DNA of 64,000 bases from Podarcis erhardii. Its lineage: Eukaryota. Positions 23,491 to 36,296 of the stretch are shown piece after piece. Each line of letters begins with the position of its first letter. Position 1 is the first letter of the stretch. The notes beneath the pieces are model-generated. The model did not search any database, was not told the DNA's origin, and saw only the letters and a list, made by a program, of their open reading frames with translations. Both the position numbers and the translations under genes were made by a program. The DNA is taken from the NCBI GenBank assembly GCA_964252035.1, contig OZ176205.1. The stretch is one strand, 5' to 3'.

Positions 23491-24950
23491 TATATTGATT
23501 GTATTGTAAACCCACTGGGCTGAATACATGTGAATGGGCTTCTCCTTCATAGCTCTGAATTAGTGGCACTTGAAAACATAACATGGCTTTTCCGGCACTT
23601 CTACTATGCAGTCACAGACCACTAATCTTCCGCACATTGTAGCTACAAGACTCCTAACTGTTTAACTGCAAGTACCACTGAGCAAGATTTGGGCATTGAT
23701 GGAGAGTGGGAACTCAGATCACTGAATCCCAGATTCCAGTTCCTGCAGCATCTCTTATCTGTCTGTCTCTGCGACAGTTAAATCAGCTTGAAAGACTTTG
23801 CGGCCATGTGTCTTCTCTTAGGGCTATTAAACTACTAATTCTTCCCTCTGCATGCTTTGGACAGTGGACTCATCTTTTATTTTTTGCACTTAAGTGTGGA
23901 CTTGGCCAGTGCAAGGCTGATTTAGAATGCCACAGGATGCTTGCGAAATGTGATTGATGTTTGTCAATTGCAAAATGTGATCTGTTTGTCCGTTTTTGGA
24001 ATCCAATCCAGCTCCTAAAACCATCAGTCTTTTGTTTCTAAGATGCCAGAGCTCTGTTAAGTATCCCACCATTAAGAGGCAAGGGGCTACCACCACAATC
24101 CTACGTACTGAATACATTGGACTTACTCCCAAGTAAATAGGTATTGAATTGCAACCTGCATTAGGAAGATAAGCTTGGGTTCACAACTTGGGTTGTATGA
24201 TGCTTAGGGTTACTTTGCACGCAATATGATAATTAGAATCATTTCCCACAGTCTCTTTGAATATTCAGGATAAAATTGTGGTTTTTAAGAGTTGTGATAA
24301 GCTACGGTAATGTGCTGGTACTTTGGAATTAGTCCTCCTGAAGGGAACTGACAATACTAGGAGTTGGCAAGAGCAAAAAGACAAGTCAGATAGTGTGTTT
24401 CTCCCCTGCTCCAAAATGCAAGTAAAATTCAGAGAAATCCTTAGTAGAGTGATGGTAGAGAGAGAACTAAAATGTTCCCTGAGATGTTGTGCAGAGAGAT
24501 GCAGTCCTATGAGAGAGATTTTGCAAGAAAGTGAAACCGAAAGCAGCCAACATTTTATATTATGTAAAGCATTTCAGAGCCAAGAGCAAAATTCATTTGC
24601 TGTGCACTTTGAGTAGATCTCGAAGGCATGATTTATATATATATAAATATATATATATATGATTTATATATATATATAAACCTAGCAGGAGCAATGCCAT
24701 CCATGTTGTATCTTTTCTCTCAGCTTTGCTTAATCCTTGAGGTGTTGTCATATTGTGCGTTTTCCTACACAAACACCCTTAAATGACAGCCAGCCAGTGA
24801 TGTGTAGAAAGAAACATGCAATATGGCAACATCCTGAAATTTTGTTTGGCAAAATGTTGTTTCGCCCTAATATTGGCTGGAGCAGGATACCGGAAGGTGC
24901 CAGAAGCTTTTGCACTTAATGGTTCATCTTTTAAATACACCGTTTAGGGT

Positions 24951-25289
24951 AAAGGTAAAGGGACCCCTGACCATTAGGTCCAGTCGTGACCGACTCTGGG
25001 GTTGCGGTGCTCATCTCGCTTTATTGGCCTCGGAAGCCTCGGCCAATAAAGCTTCCGGGCCATGTGGCCAGCATGACTAAGCCGCTTCTGGTGGACCAGA
25101 GCAGCGCACGGAAATGCTGTTTACCTTCCCGCCGGAGCGGTCCCTATTTATCTACTTGTACTTCGACATGCTTTCGAAATGCTAGGTGGGCAGGAGCAGG
25201 GACCGAGCAAGAGGACCTCACCCCGTTGCAGGGATTCGAACCACCACCTTCCGATTGGGAAGTCCTAGGCTTAACCCACAGCGCCACCC
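24951..25289 (-). mobile_element. Sauria SINE
   Basis: Reverse complement of the consensus. Confidence 0.9.
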
Positions 25290-25639
25290 ATTAAAGCACA
25301 CTAAAGCATAGATCCTGCATAGATTTCCTCTCCCTTTCCTTATGTCAGGGATGGGGAGACTTTTTCAGCTTAAGGGCTTCATACTCTTCTATGAAACCTT
25401 CTGAGGGCCGCATGACAGTAAGTTGGGGCCACGGGCAAAAGAGGATGGGCCAATGTAAATGTAACCTTTGCATGGTAGGTTAGTTTTTGCAAACCCTTTT
25501 TGCAGACCCTCCAAGTGACCCTATTTTCCAGGGACATTCCTGGATTTACAGAAGTCATCCTGGTTTCTGATTTCATACCACAATGTCCCACTTTTCCTTA
25601 GGACATCCCTATTTTCATTGGAGAAATGTTGGAGGGTAT

Positions 25640-25975
25640 GGAGTTATGCAGGACCAGAATTAAGTTTGATGAGGCCCTAAGCTACTGAAGATAATGGGGC
25701 CCTTTATATGTCTATCTGTCTTTTGTCAACAACAAATTGTCACTGTTTTTTGTGTTGAATATATGATATATGGTAATTTATGGACCCAATAGGTCCATAC
25801 ACAACACAAAACACTGTTGCTGTATGTAGGCTTTATTTTATTTGTTTTTCATCTTATATTTTGGAAATGTACATCCAGTTTTTTTTCTCTTTAAAATTTT
25901 TGGGGCCCCCCAAGAGAATGAGGCCCTAAGCTATAGTTTGTTTAGCTTTTATGTCAGTCCAGCACTGGAGTTATG
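25640..25975. mobile_element. hAT-type MITE (internally deleted relative of 26676-27098)
   Basis: Shares gatgaggccctaagctact...ggggccc and gtttagctt...cactg blocks with the 26676 copy. Confidence 0.7.
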
Positions 25976-26258
25976 CAGCCCCCGAGATACGACTTTTAAA
26001 AGACATCCCAAGGCAGCCCTGTATAGGGGAGGGTTTTTTGTCTTTTTTAAAAAAAGTTTAATGTTTTATTATGTTTTTATATAAGTTGGAAGCCACCCAG
26101 AATGGCCAGGGCAACCCAGCCAGATGGGCAGGGTACAAATAATAAAATAGTTGTTGTTATGGAATAGGACGTCCCTATTTTCACGGGAGAAATGTTGGAG
26201 GGTATGTTTTCTATCCTCTGCCCAGGCAAGCGAAGAACACCACCAGAGTTCAAGGACA

Positions 26259-26407
26259 NNNNNNNNNNNNNNNNNNNNNNNNNNNNNNNNNNNNNNNNNN
26301 NNNNNNNNNNNNNNNNNNNNNNNNNNNNNNNNNNNNNNNNNNNNNNNNNNNNNNNNNNNNNNNNNNNNNNNNNNNNNNNNNNNNNNNNNNNNNNNNNNNN
26401 NNNNNNN
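26259..26407. other. Assembly gap (149 N)
   Basis: Run of N. Confidence 1.
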
Positions 26408-26675
26408 GAAGTGGAGAAGTGGGTGGCCTGGCGGGACATAGGAACATGTCTCCCATCACTTCCCATTCACACCATCTTCACTTACCAACCTTAGTTCCTG
26501 GTGTCTCTGTGTTCTCTCTCAGAGGCAGTCTGTTGCAGTGGGCATCAGTAGAGTCGTGGGTTTCATGGGCATAGCCAGGATTTTATGTTAGGGGGGCAGG
26601 ACACACACCTGCCCTGTTCCAGAACCGAGCTACCTGCGACACAATTGGTCAGTTCGCAGAAGCCACGCCTATCGC

Positions 26676-27098
26676 CAGGGCCAGATTTAGGTTTGATGAG
26701 GCCCTAAGCTACTGGCGGTAATGGGGCCCTTTATATGTCCAGCTGTCCTTTTGTCAACAACAAATTGTCTTTGTTTTTTGTGTTGAATATATGCTATATG
26801 GTAATTTATGGACCTAATAGGTATCTAAAGCCATTTGCACATGCAGAATGTAGGCACCCTATATACAGAAATGAGCAAACCAGGGATATTTTAGGGAGCA
26901 GGCTAGCAGACGGGGCCCATTACTTACATCGTAGGAGCCTACACAACACAAAACACTGTTGCTGTATGTAGGTTTTATTTTTTTATCTTATAGTTTGGAA
27001 ATGTACATCCAGGTTTTTTCCTTTAATTTTTTTGGGCCCCCCAAGAGAGTGAGGCCCTAAGCTATAGCTTGTTTAGCTTATATGTAAATCCGTCACTG
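26676..27098. mobile_element. hAT-type MITE
   Basis: TIRs cagggccagattta / taaatccgtcactg; diverged 8-bp flanks cctatcgc / cctgtcac. Confidence 0.75.
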
Positions 27099-29742
27099 CC
27101 TGTCACTCAGCCAGATTGCCAGTTGCGTCGCTAGAATGAGACACAACATCACCCAAGTGACGTCAGCGAGCATTTCAAATATTCTGATTATTTCTGCTTT
27201 TAGATATTTTTATTTATTGACTTGATTTTTTTTGAGGGGGGGGCAGCTGCTCCCTGCCTCCCAGGCTACACCCATGGTGGGCTTGAGCCACACATTGGGT
27301 AAAAGATTTCTGCAATTCAGGGGGTTGGACTAGATGACCCTTGTGGTCCCTTCCAGTTCTAGGATTCTGTGACTTTGTATAGATGGAGCCATGCTCCTGA
27401 ATCAGCTGCAAAGGCCTGCCATTGCCCCACCTCCTTTCCGGTTCCGAACCGCACTTGTTCCCCTGCAGAAATTTCCCTGCATGTTGCAGCTGCTTGATTT
27501 GGGAAACAGGTCCCTGGCTGAGGAAAACCTTAACACAGCGGGGGGGGGGGGGGTCTGCCTCTGTCCTTAGAGACTTGTTTGTTTTCCATTACGCCAGGAG
27601 GTTTGTGTGGGGGAAAAAGTTCCTTTTCATTATGAGTAATGGGCTTTCAGGGACTGCGTTTCAGTGCATTAGCAGTTCCCCATAATTAATGTAAGATTTT
27701 ATTTTAAAAGCATAACCAAGCACAGTGAGAGGTTACTAAACAATTCCTGCAGGGAAAGACGGGCAGCTGCAGAAATAAAAGCCTCTATGAGAGTCGCTTC
27801 AGGAAAGACCTGGGTTTTATTTTTATTTATTTATTTAATATCTTATTTATTTTTTGAAAAGCGTTTATTAAAAATGTTAACATATTTAGTTAGTTAGTTA
27901 GTTAGTTATTTCCCCGCTCTTGGAGGGGGAAAAAAAAAAAAGGCTTACAGAGCAGCTCTCAGATATCAATAAAAAAGACCGTCCCTGTCTTCAGGCAACA
28001 TGAAAAGAAAAAGGGAGGAGGAGGGTGGAGGAACAAAGCAAACTCTGGGATTAGGTCTTTGCTATATAGGGTTCTTGTAGCAATCTTGTAGCTGGAATGG
28101 AGAGTTCAAAGACAGGAGGAGTTGCTGGTCAGTCACCTGAGCTGATGGAGAGCTCCTGTGGTCTCACCTCTTCCTCTTCAGCAGCCTTATGGAAGGGGGT
28201 CCTGCTAGCGTGGAAGGATCCTGATCAATATATAATGAAAGCCTTGTCTCTTGTCCGGTCAGCAATGAAGCAGCAGCGATGAAACGGGAGAGCTTTGATT
28301 TCTGGATTTTGGCTCTAGCTGACAAAGAGAGTGTGACAGCATTACCTTGTTAACCTCTAGCATCTTCAAGCCTCTGGGCAAAGATGCAGTACTTCTAGGT
28401 ATCATGGCTAGTAACCACCAGGAAACATCCTACATGAATTTATTCTGTCTTTCCATGAAAGGCTTTCATGCTGGTGAACTGTTTAGCACTTAATGTGGTG
28501 GTGGTGGTGGGAGGTTAAATAACAGCACAGCTGAATTCTCAGATGCACATAACTCTGGGATTCAATGTTCAGTAATGTAATGTGGGAAATCTGACCCAGA
28601 AACCCACGATGATGCGATTGTGCGCAGGTAGCCTACTTTTTATATGCAGGAAAGCAGATGTTATCAACGTAGAATAGTCTAGCGGATATTGGTGAAGGTG
28701 GGGGAACAGGAAGAAAAAGCAGAAAAGTTGGCGTACAGGAAGATTTGGATATCCTAGGTGCCAGGCGAAAATGTTCCTCTTCAACTGGGCCTTTGGCTGA
28801 CTAATATTCTACAGCCTTTTATATGTGTCTGTGGGAAGGGTGGCGGTTATCGTTTCCCTGTTTTGCTCCACTTGTTTTCATGTTTTTATCTTGCATTTTA
28901 TTCTGTGAGCTGCCCTGAGATCTCACGATGAAGGGCAGCATATAAATCTATAAAATACAATAACCGTCCTAAAAGATCAAGCTCACAAAATGCCCTTAAA
29001 TACCTTTGAACTAGGTAGGGCAAAGCCATCCGACAGAATGCATGCGTAAAATGCTATGCAAGATGGCTGCCTCCTTCTTGGCCTTGACAGAGAACTTTGC
29101 ATGATGGGTAATGAAGCCAGTTACCCACTTTCTAAGGTCTTCTTCTCCCACTTCACAAAGCAAGTGAGAAAATCAGGCAGGTTTCAAGTCTTGCATCCAC
29201 ATCGTGTTAACCTGGTTGTTTGCTCCAGGCTCTCTAGACTTTGATATTGGCAGAAATGGTTTCTGTCAGGTACATCTCGGAAGAGTCTTTCTTCACTATC
29301 CCCCTCAGACAAGGATCAAGGTCCAGATTTTGAAGAGTTGAGCCTTACCCCCATTCCCCTGTGTACAACAGCTACCGTACCCCACCGCTTTGTGCCCCTC
29401 ACCTTTCCATTTGCCCCTGACAGCCCCTCACATCCCAAGACCACTTTCTGTTTACTTGTCCATTTCTCATCGACGCTTCTCGATTAACGACCCCCTACTT
29501 CATCTCCATCCATCGCCATGGAAACCTTCCCCGAAATTCCTTTTTTTCCGAACCGGTCTAGTGTTTTAAAAGCCACATCTCACTGCCGCCGCTTCAGCCG
29601 CCGCTGCTTTGAAAGACAAATCGATTTTGAATGGCTGAAGGGGAGCCGCCGTGGTGTTTTTGGAGTGACTTCCCCTTGCTTGTCTCCCCCCTCCCCTTTT
29701 TTCTTTTTTTGGTCTCTTGTCTTGGTTTGTCTCTGTGCGCAG

Positions 29743-29966
29743 TCAAAAGGTCAGCTTGAAAGATCGTGTCTTCTCCAGCCCTCGAGGTGCGGCCACAAAA
29801 GGTAAAGGTTCTCCTCAGGCCCAGGGGATACGGAGGTCCCCTAGTGCGGACCAGAGCATCGAAGACAGTCCCAGCAAAGTGCCCAAGAGCTGGAGCTTCG
29901 GAGACAGGAGCCGAGCGAGGCAGGCTTTCCGCATGAAGGGAGCTGCGTCCCGTCAAAATTCAGAAG
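29743..29966 (+). CDS. KCNQ2: KCNQ2 exon (human exon 13 equivalent), [15 protein letters not shown]...RQNSE
   Basis: gtgcgcag|TCAAAAGG...TCAGAAG|gtgagg; 224 nt; translation visible in ORF 29717..30115. Confidence 0.98.
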
Positions 29967-30151
29967 GTGAGGCAGCTCAGGGTGCTGTGATTTATCATGA
30001 GTTCATTCTTTGCATTTATAAGCCATGCTTCTTCATCATCATTTTATTTGTATGCTGCCTTAACATAGTTGAAACCCTGCTCAAAATGGCTTACAACATG
30101 ACAAGATCTAGATAATTACAAACATAACAAATGCCATAAGCAATAAATAAA

Positions 30152-30499
30152 GGTAAAGGGACCCCTGACCATTAGGTCCAGTCGTGGCTGACTCTGGGGT
30201 TGCGGCGCTCATCTCGCTTTACTGGCCGAGGGAGCCAGCATACAACTTTCGGGTCATGTGGCCAGCAGGACTAAGCTGCTTCTGGCGAACCAGAGCAGCG
30301 CACAGAAACGCTGTTTACCTTCCCGCTGGAGTGGTACCTATTTATCTACTTGCACTTTGATGTGCTTTCGAACTGCTAGGTTGGTAGGAACTGGGACCAA
30401 GCAACGGGAGCTGACCCCGTTGTGGGGATTCGAACCGCCAACCCTCTGATTGGCAAGTCCTAGGCTCTGTGGTTTAACCCACAGCGCCACTCGCGTCCC
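30152..30499 (-). mobile_element. Sauria SINE, full length
   Basis: 15-bp TSD taagcaataaataaa at 30137-30151 and 30500-30514. Confidence 0.94.
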
Positions 30500-31309
30500 T
30501 AAGCAATAAATAAAACACATCAAAAAGTACACAACCAAACAATTTCCACATAAATCATAAGATCTAACACTAAAGATACAACAATAACAATAACAGCAAC
30601 AAGCTCTCTCAGCCCCCTGTAAACAATGCTCCAGCCCAAGAATCTGTTCAACAGCCTCAGCTTTTGTAGCTGGAGTCAGTCTACACTCCACTGTCCCAGG
30701 CCAGATGGGAAAAGGCCAGCAAGGCAGGGTGCAGGTCTTCCAGGGCTCACAGCCAAGATGGTCTCATTTAAAACGACACAGATAAAAATGATAAACAATT
30801 GAAAAGAGGAGCCCTCTCTGCTGAGCAGCAGCTGCAGTCCTTGTGAACCTGTCAGGCCCCACCCTAGGCCAGGTGGAGAGAGGCAAGAGCAGAGCCCTCC
30901 AGGCTCTCAGCAGGCAGTCCTCCTCTGAGAGTCCTCCTCCACTTCTACCCTGCCGGCCCCACCCAGGAGTTCAAGGCAATGTCAGTGGTTCTCTGCCACT
31001 TCATTTAATCCCCACAACCCTGTGTGGCAGAGGTGTCATCTTGTACCCAAGATTGGGGCCCCCCGATGTATGGTGTCGGCATGCGACATAATGCGTGCAA
31101 CATCACAGTGTTGGGAGGAGGCTGAGCATGGAGCCCAGCACGGCACAACTTCTCTCATTCTCAGGAGGAGCCAGTTCCTGAACCATGCCGTGCTTGGCTT
31201 GGTGATAGGCCTCCTCTGCCCCCTCAACACTGAGGGGGCCTGGCCCTGTGCCAGCAGATTTTGAGGCGCCCAAAGACCTGCCCCTAGTGTGGGATGTGAA
31301 ACACAAGAG

Positions 31310-31900
31310 CAGTCAAGTACAACATTCCTAGAGTGAACATGTTTACACAGGGGGAGGAATGTTTGTCCAGCCAGCAGGTAAACTTCCTGTTTCCTTCTGG
31401 GCTGGGACAGACTTCCTCTGCATGTGACTAGAGGTGGGCATGGCCTCACCTGTGCAGGTAATGACAAAAGCACAAAGCAGGGCAGCCATCTCTCTCTCTT
31501 TGACTACATGCATCGAAGAAACAACATCTGCTTAGCCAAAGATGCTCTCCTGGCTTCCAGCCAAGAGAGGATAAAGGGACTGTCTCCTTATGAGATCGTT
31601 TCCAGGTATATGTTACTTTTCTAAGCTAAGTCTGCCTTCTGGGATCTGATTGTGAACAGAATGTGAGTGAGTAAACTCTTTTTACATTTTTATAAAAGAC
31701 TGTGTCGTGTCTTATCTTTTATGAGGGAATAAGGGGAAAATATCAGAACAGTTATTATAGAGGCTTTAGCGAGGCTGAGCAAACGCATCCGCTGTGAGTT
31801 TAAAAAGGGGAATGTTACTCTGCTAAATTGTGAACTTGTTAACGCAAGTTGGAAAGGCTATAATCAAACAATATATCCTCTCCTGCATCCCTGAACATTC
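31310..31900. mobile_element. Possible solo LTR (ERV/Gypsy-like)
   Basis: LTR-like composition (purine-rich start, taaa/tttt signal, ends cctgaaca); no TSD confirmed. Confidence 0.3.
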
Positions 31901-32703
31901 CCAGACCTAGGAGTTGGCATGCCTGCTGTGAGGTAGGTTAGGCTGAGAGGCAGTGACAGGTGACATCTCTGTGGCGCAAGCCTGGGCAGTGTGTGTGTGG
32001 AGGTCCTGGGCTGCCCAGAAAACAAGACCCCTCTCTCTCTGTGTACATCCTTTCCTCATATGCAAGTGTCCAGCAACCCACATCCAGTGGAGCTGTCGGC
32101 ACGCTATTACCAATAGCAGAGTATCCTCAAGAAGTGAGGCTGTAGGTATTTGGCATTGTGAAAGTTTCTTTATTTACAGCAGTTCAAAACAACAAACATG
32201 GCTGAGTGTGAGCAGCAGCTTCACACATGTCCTGTCCGTCCGAAAGCAGAGAACAAAGAGAGAAAGTACAAAAGCACACAGAACGGAAGTGCAGTGTCTG
32301 AGTTCCGTTTTCACACTCCTATCACTATGGAATGTAAACAGTGGATCACGAGATCCAACAGCAATGAGAGAATGAAATTACTAACACTCTCGGCCTCTCT
32401 GATGTGTTCCAAAGGAAAGCAGAGCAAGACGTTTGGCACCAGCTTAGCTGCAGGAGTTGCTGGAAGGAGGCATACCAGGCCCTATCCAACTGTCCTCTTC
32501 AGGAACTCCTCTTCAGATTTTTGTAGGGTTTACTCCTTAGCCCTTTCTTCTCCTGAAGATATCCTGCAAGGCAGTGGGTAGTGATTACTGCCAGCATGTA
32601 GCTCTTGACCAGTTATCCCTGAGGCAATGCTTGTTTTGAAATGTGATTTAATTGGAAGGGATGTATTTTTTTTTTAATGTTGTAAGCCAGCCTGCAGATT
32701 TTT

Positions 32704-33181
32704 TTAAAAAAATAAATTATTATTAGAAACCTAAACAAAACATATTATCCAAAAATATCACACCCTTAATTTTCCCCATTTTCCTCCCTCCCCCCACCCT
32801 CCCATAAAGGACCCCCCCCACTCCCCTCAGTTCCAATCTTTGGTTTCTCTGTGAATACTGTTCTCTGCATGTTACAAAATTGTATAAATCCATAAATTGT
32901 CTAACTGATTATTGTCAACAAAGAGTTTGTGAGTGTTTGTTCAAAACCTGCCAAGGAGTCCGATTCACTTTGTTGCATCATCAAGTACTTTGTAAAGGGT
33001 TCCCATTCATATATGAAATCACAGTTGTCCTTGTCCCGTGGCTTATGTGTCAGTTTTGCCAGTTCTGCATAATCCATCAATTTCTCTTGCCATGATTCTT
33101 TAGTTGGGATTTCTTTGTTCTTCCAACCTTGTGCTATTAAAACTCTTGCAGCCGTTGTCGCATACATGAAGATATTTTTCA
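32704..33181 (-). mobile_element. L1/Tx1-like LINE 3' end retaining ORF2 C-terminal coding sequence
   Basis: ORF 32901..33182: AARVLIAQGWK...W...KL...AKLT...WEPFTKYL; 16-bp TSD cagcctgcagattttt at 32688-32703 and 33182-33197. Confidence 0.88.
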
Positions 33182-33389
33182 CAGCCTGCAGATTTTTGGA
33201 GCCGCTGATGGGGGAGCATCCATTTCAGTTATCCAAAGCTGCTATCTAAATCTAGCTTAAAGAGAAAGGGAAAAGGTTGTCATAAGCTGCAATCACATTT
33301 GCCTTTGCTATATTCCCAGCACATTTTGCCAGGGATCCGTCACTCTCTGCAGCAATAGCTTATTATGCATTTATCCTTCCTCTATCTAG

Positions 33390-33501
33390 ATGCCTGCCTC
33401 CCTGGAGAAGATATGCCTGATGCCGACAACAAAAGCTGCAACTGCGAATTTGTGACCGAGGATCTGACACCAGGCCTTAAAGTCAGCATCAGGGCAGTGT
33501 G
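33390..33501 (+). CDS. KCNQ2: KCNQ2 exon (human exon 14 equivalent), [38 protein letters not shown]; start of helix B
   Basis: ctatctag|ATGCCTGC...GCAGTGTG|gtaagg; 112 nt, phase 1-2, compatible with both neighbours. Confidence 0.97.
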
Positions 33502-34183
33502 GTAAGGGAGGGAGAGGAGGGATGTGTGCATGCAAACAAGGGGGCAGCGTGACCATGGGAAGTCCAAGCAGTGCTGAACAATGCCAGGGGCTCAGTTGCT
33601 ACAGGCAGGATTCTGCATGGCTCTGCATCGCACATAAAATACGGAAGAAGCAGATGGCCAGGTGAGTTGGACCTGCCATGCTCGCTTCCTGGCAGTTGGG
33701 TCTCTGTTGCTTACTGGGAGGTCAACGCGGTTTAGGGAGGTCAACGCGGTGCAGATGCACTGGCAGAAAAGCCAGAAGGCTCCGCTGGTGTGCTTGCACT
33801 GTGCCAACCACCCCACCCCACACTTCCTCCCCGTAACCCACCTGCCAGGAAGTGGCCCACCCGATGAGCCCCTTCTGGTGAGAGAAGACTTCAGTTTGGC
33901 ATGGGAAGGAGTAAAACGGGGAGACCACACTCAGCAGTTAAACAGATATCTGTAGATCAAGGTCCTATGATGGTTTGGGCTTAATGCTAAGAAATATAGT
34001 CCCTTCCAGCCATGACAACATAATGACCAGCCCCCCTCTTGAATACCAAGAGCCCAAGTCATAGAATCATAAGACTAGAGTTGGAAAGGAATCACAGGAT
34101 CACCTAGTCCAACCCCCTGCAATTCAGGAATCTTTCACCCAGTGTGAGACTCAAACCCACAGCCCTGAGATTAAGGGTCTCAT

Positions 34184-35232
34184 AGGATGTAGGGTTAGAA
34201 GTAGAAGATAGTGTATTTTAAAATAGTGTTATTTGTAAGTGATAAAATGTGAAGATTTTTATGGTAAAAGTAAGCATGGTTAAAAAAAATGGCTAGAAAT
34301 TATGATATATGTGAACTGCTAAAGATGAGGTAAAATGGAAGAGAAGATGGAGGAAGACTGGGAGAAATTCAAGATGTATCTACAAAAACATTGTAATTTG
34401 GTTGAATGTTAAGAAGGATGCTAGATTATAAAAAATTGGCCACCACTAAATTAGATTTAAATTTGATGATGAGACTAAAAGAAAATATAATTTTTTTTTA
34501 GAAGAAGTGCTAGATTATATTTGAATGAGTGGACATGAGATTGTAAACAAGTTGATAATTTGTTTGGAAAAAACTTTTAACGATGTAAATGGGAGCGGGA
34601 GACGCGAGGGAGTCCAAAGAAGTGATGAAATTATGTTCGTGACAGAAGTAAGATTGTTTATTGTTTGTGCATTTATATTTAAAAACTTTAATAAATATTT
34701 ATATAAAAAAAGATGAGGTAAAATGAAAATCAGATAAGGGGGACTTGGGAAAGCTCACCTAACAATGTTTAGAAAAAATAAGGATAAGACAAGAATTTGT
34801 TTGTATTGTTTGTTTTTCTGTTTGTGTTATTTAGTTGTGCTATAAAAAAAATTATGGGACGCAGGTGGCGCTGTGGGTTAAACCACAGAGCCTAAGGCTT
34901 GCCAATCAGAAGGTTGGCGGTTCAAATTCCCATGACGGGCTGAGCTCCCGTTGCTTGGTCCCTGCTCCTGCCAACCTAGCAGTTTGAAAGCACGTCAAAG
35001 TGCAAGTAGATAAATAGGTACCGCTCCAGCGGGAAGGTAAACGGCGTTTCTGTGCGCTGCTCTGGTTCGCCAGAAGCAGCTTAATCATGCTGGCCACATG
35101 ACCCGGAAGCTGCACACCGGCTCCCTCGGCCAATAAAGCGAGATGAGCGCCACAACCCCAGAGTCGGTCACGACTGGACCTAATGGTCAGGGGTCCCTTT
35201 ATCTTTTATAAAAAAATTTGGAGGGAAAAAAA
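34184..35232 (+). mobile_element. L1/Tx1-like 3' fragment (carrying a nested Sauria SINE) inserted in a tRNA-SINE
   Basis: EEKMEEDWEKFKMYLQKHCNLVEC* at about 34335; A-rich tail; 17-bp TSD gagattaagggtctcat at 34167-34183 and 35233-35249. Confidence 0.8.
34857..35208 (+). mobile_element. Sauria SINE nested in the L1 3' end
   Basis: Full consensus; flanked by tataaaaaaa on both sides. Confidence 0.93.
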
Positions 35233-35312
35233 GAGATTAAGGGTCTCATGTTCTACCAACTGAGCTAAATCAGTGCCCTTAATTCATACTTAAGAAGCCC
35301 CAACCACAATAA

Positions 35313-35936
<624 letters not shown>

Positions 35937-36066
35937 TGACCTTTTTGACCGTCGCCCACCTAACGTTTTCTTTCTTCTCCTCCAGGAAAAAAGCCACAGG
36001 GTGTTGTTGTTTTTTGTGTGAGTAAGGACTGCTTATATCTGGGTTGCAGGGACTGGATTTGTAGTA

Positions 36067-36296
36067 CAGTCAAACCTTGGTTCGCGAACGGCTTAGTTGC
36101 CGAACAAATCGGCTCCCGAATGTTGCAAAGTGTTCCGGTTTGCGAACGTTTTTCGGAAGCCGAATGTCCGATGTGGCTTCCGCTTGAGTGCAGGAGCTCC
36201 TGCAGCCAATCAGAAGCCACACCTTGGTTTTTGAACAGTTTCGGAAGTTGAATGGACTCCCGGAACGGATTAAGTTTGAGAACCAAGGTACCACTG
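36067..36296. mobile_element. Tc1/mariner (Tigger/pogo-like) MITE
   Basis: TIRs cagtcaaaccttggtt / aaccaaggtaccactg; TA flanks. Confidence 0.85.

Noticed and set aside
22663-23550. 295-aa minus-strand ORF
   Set aside because: Runs through a GC-rich Tc2-like MITE with internal repeats; no protein family signature
27490-27560. Acceptor cccctgcag followed by RNFPACCSC, superficially like Cys-rich exon 12
   Set aside because: No suitable donor at 54 nt and similarity limited to a few cysteines
33716-33750. 16-bp direct repeat gggaggtcaacgcggt with two AGGTCA half-sites
   Set aside because: The 13-bp spacing fits no standard nuclear-receptor element; most simply a small tandem duplication
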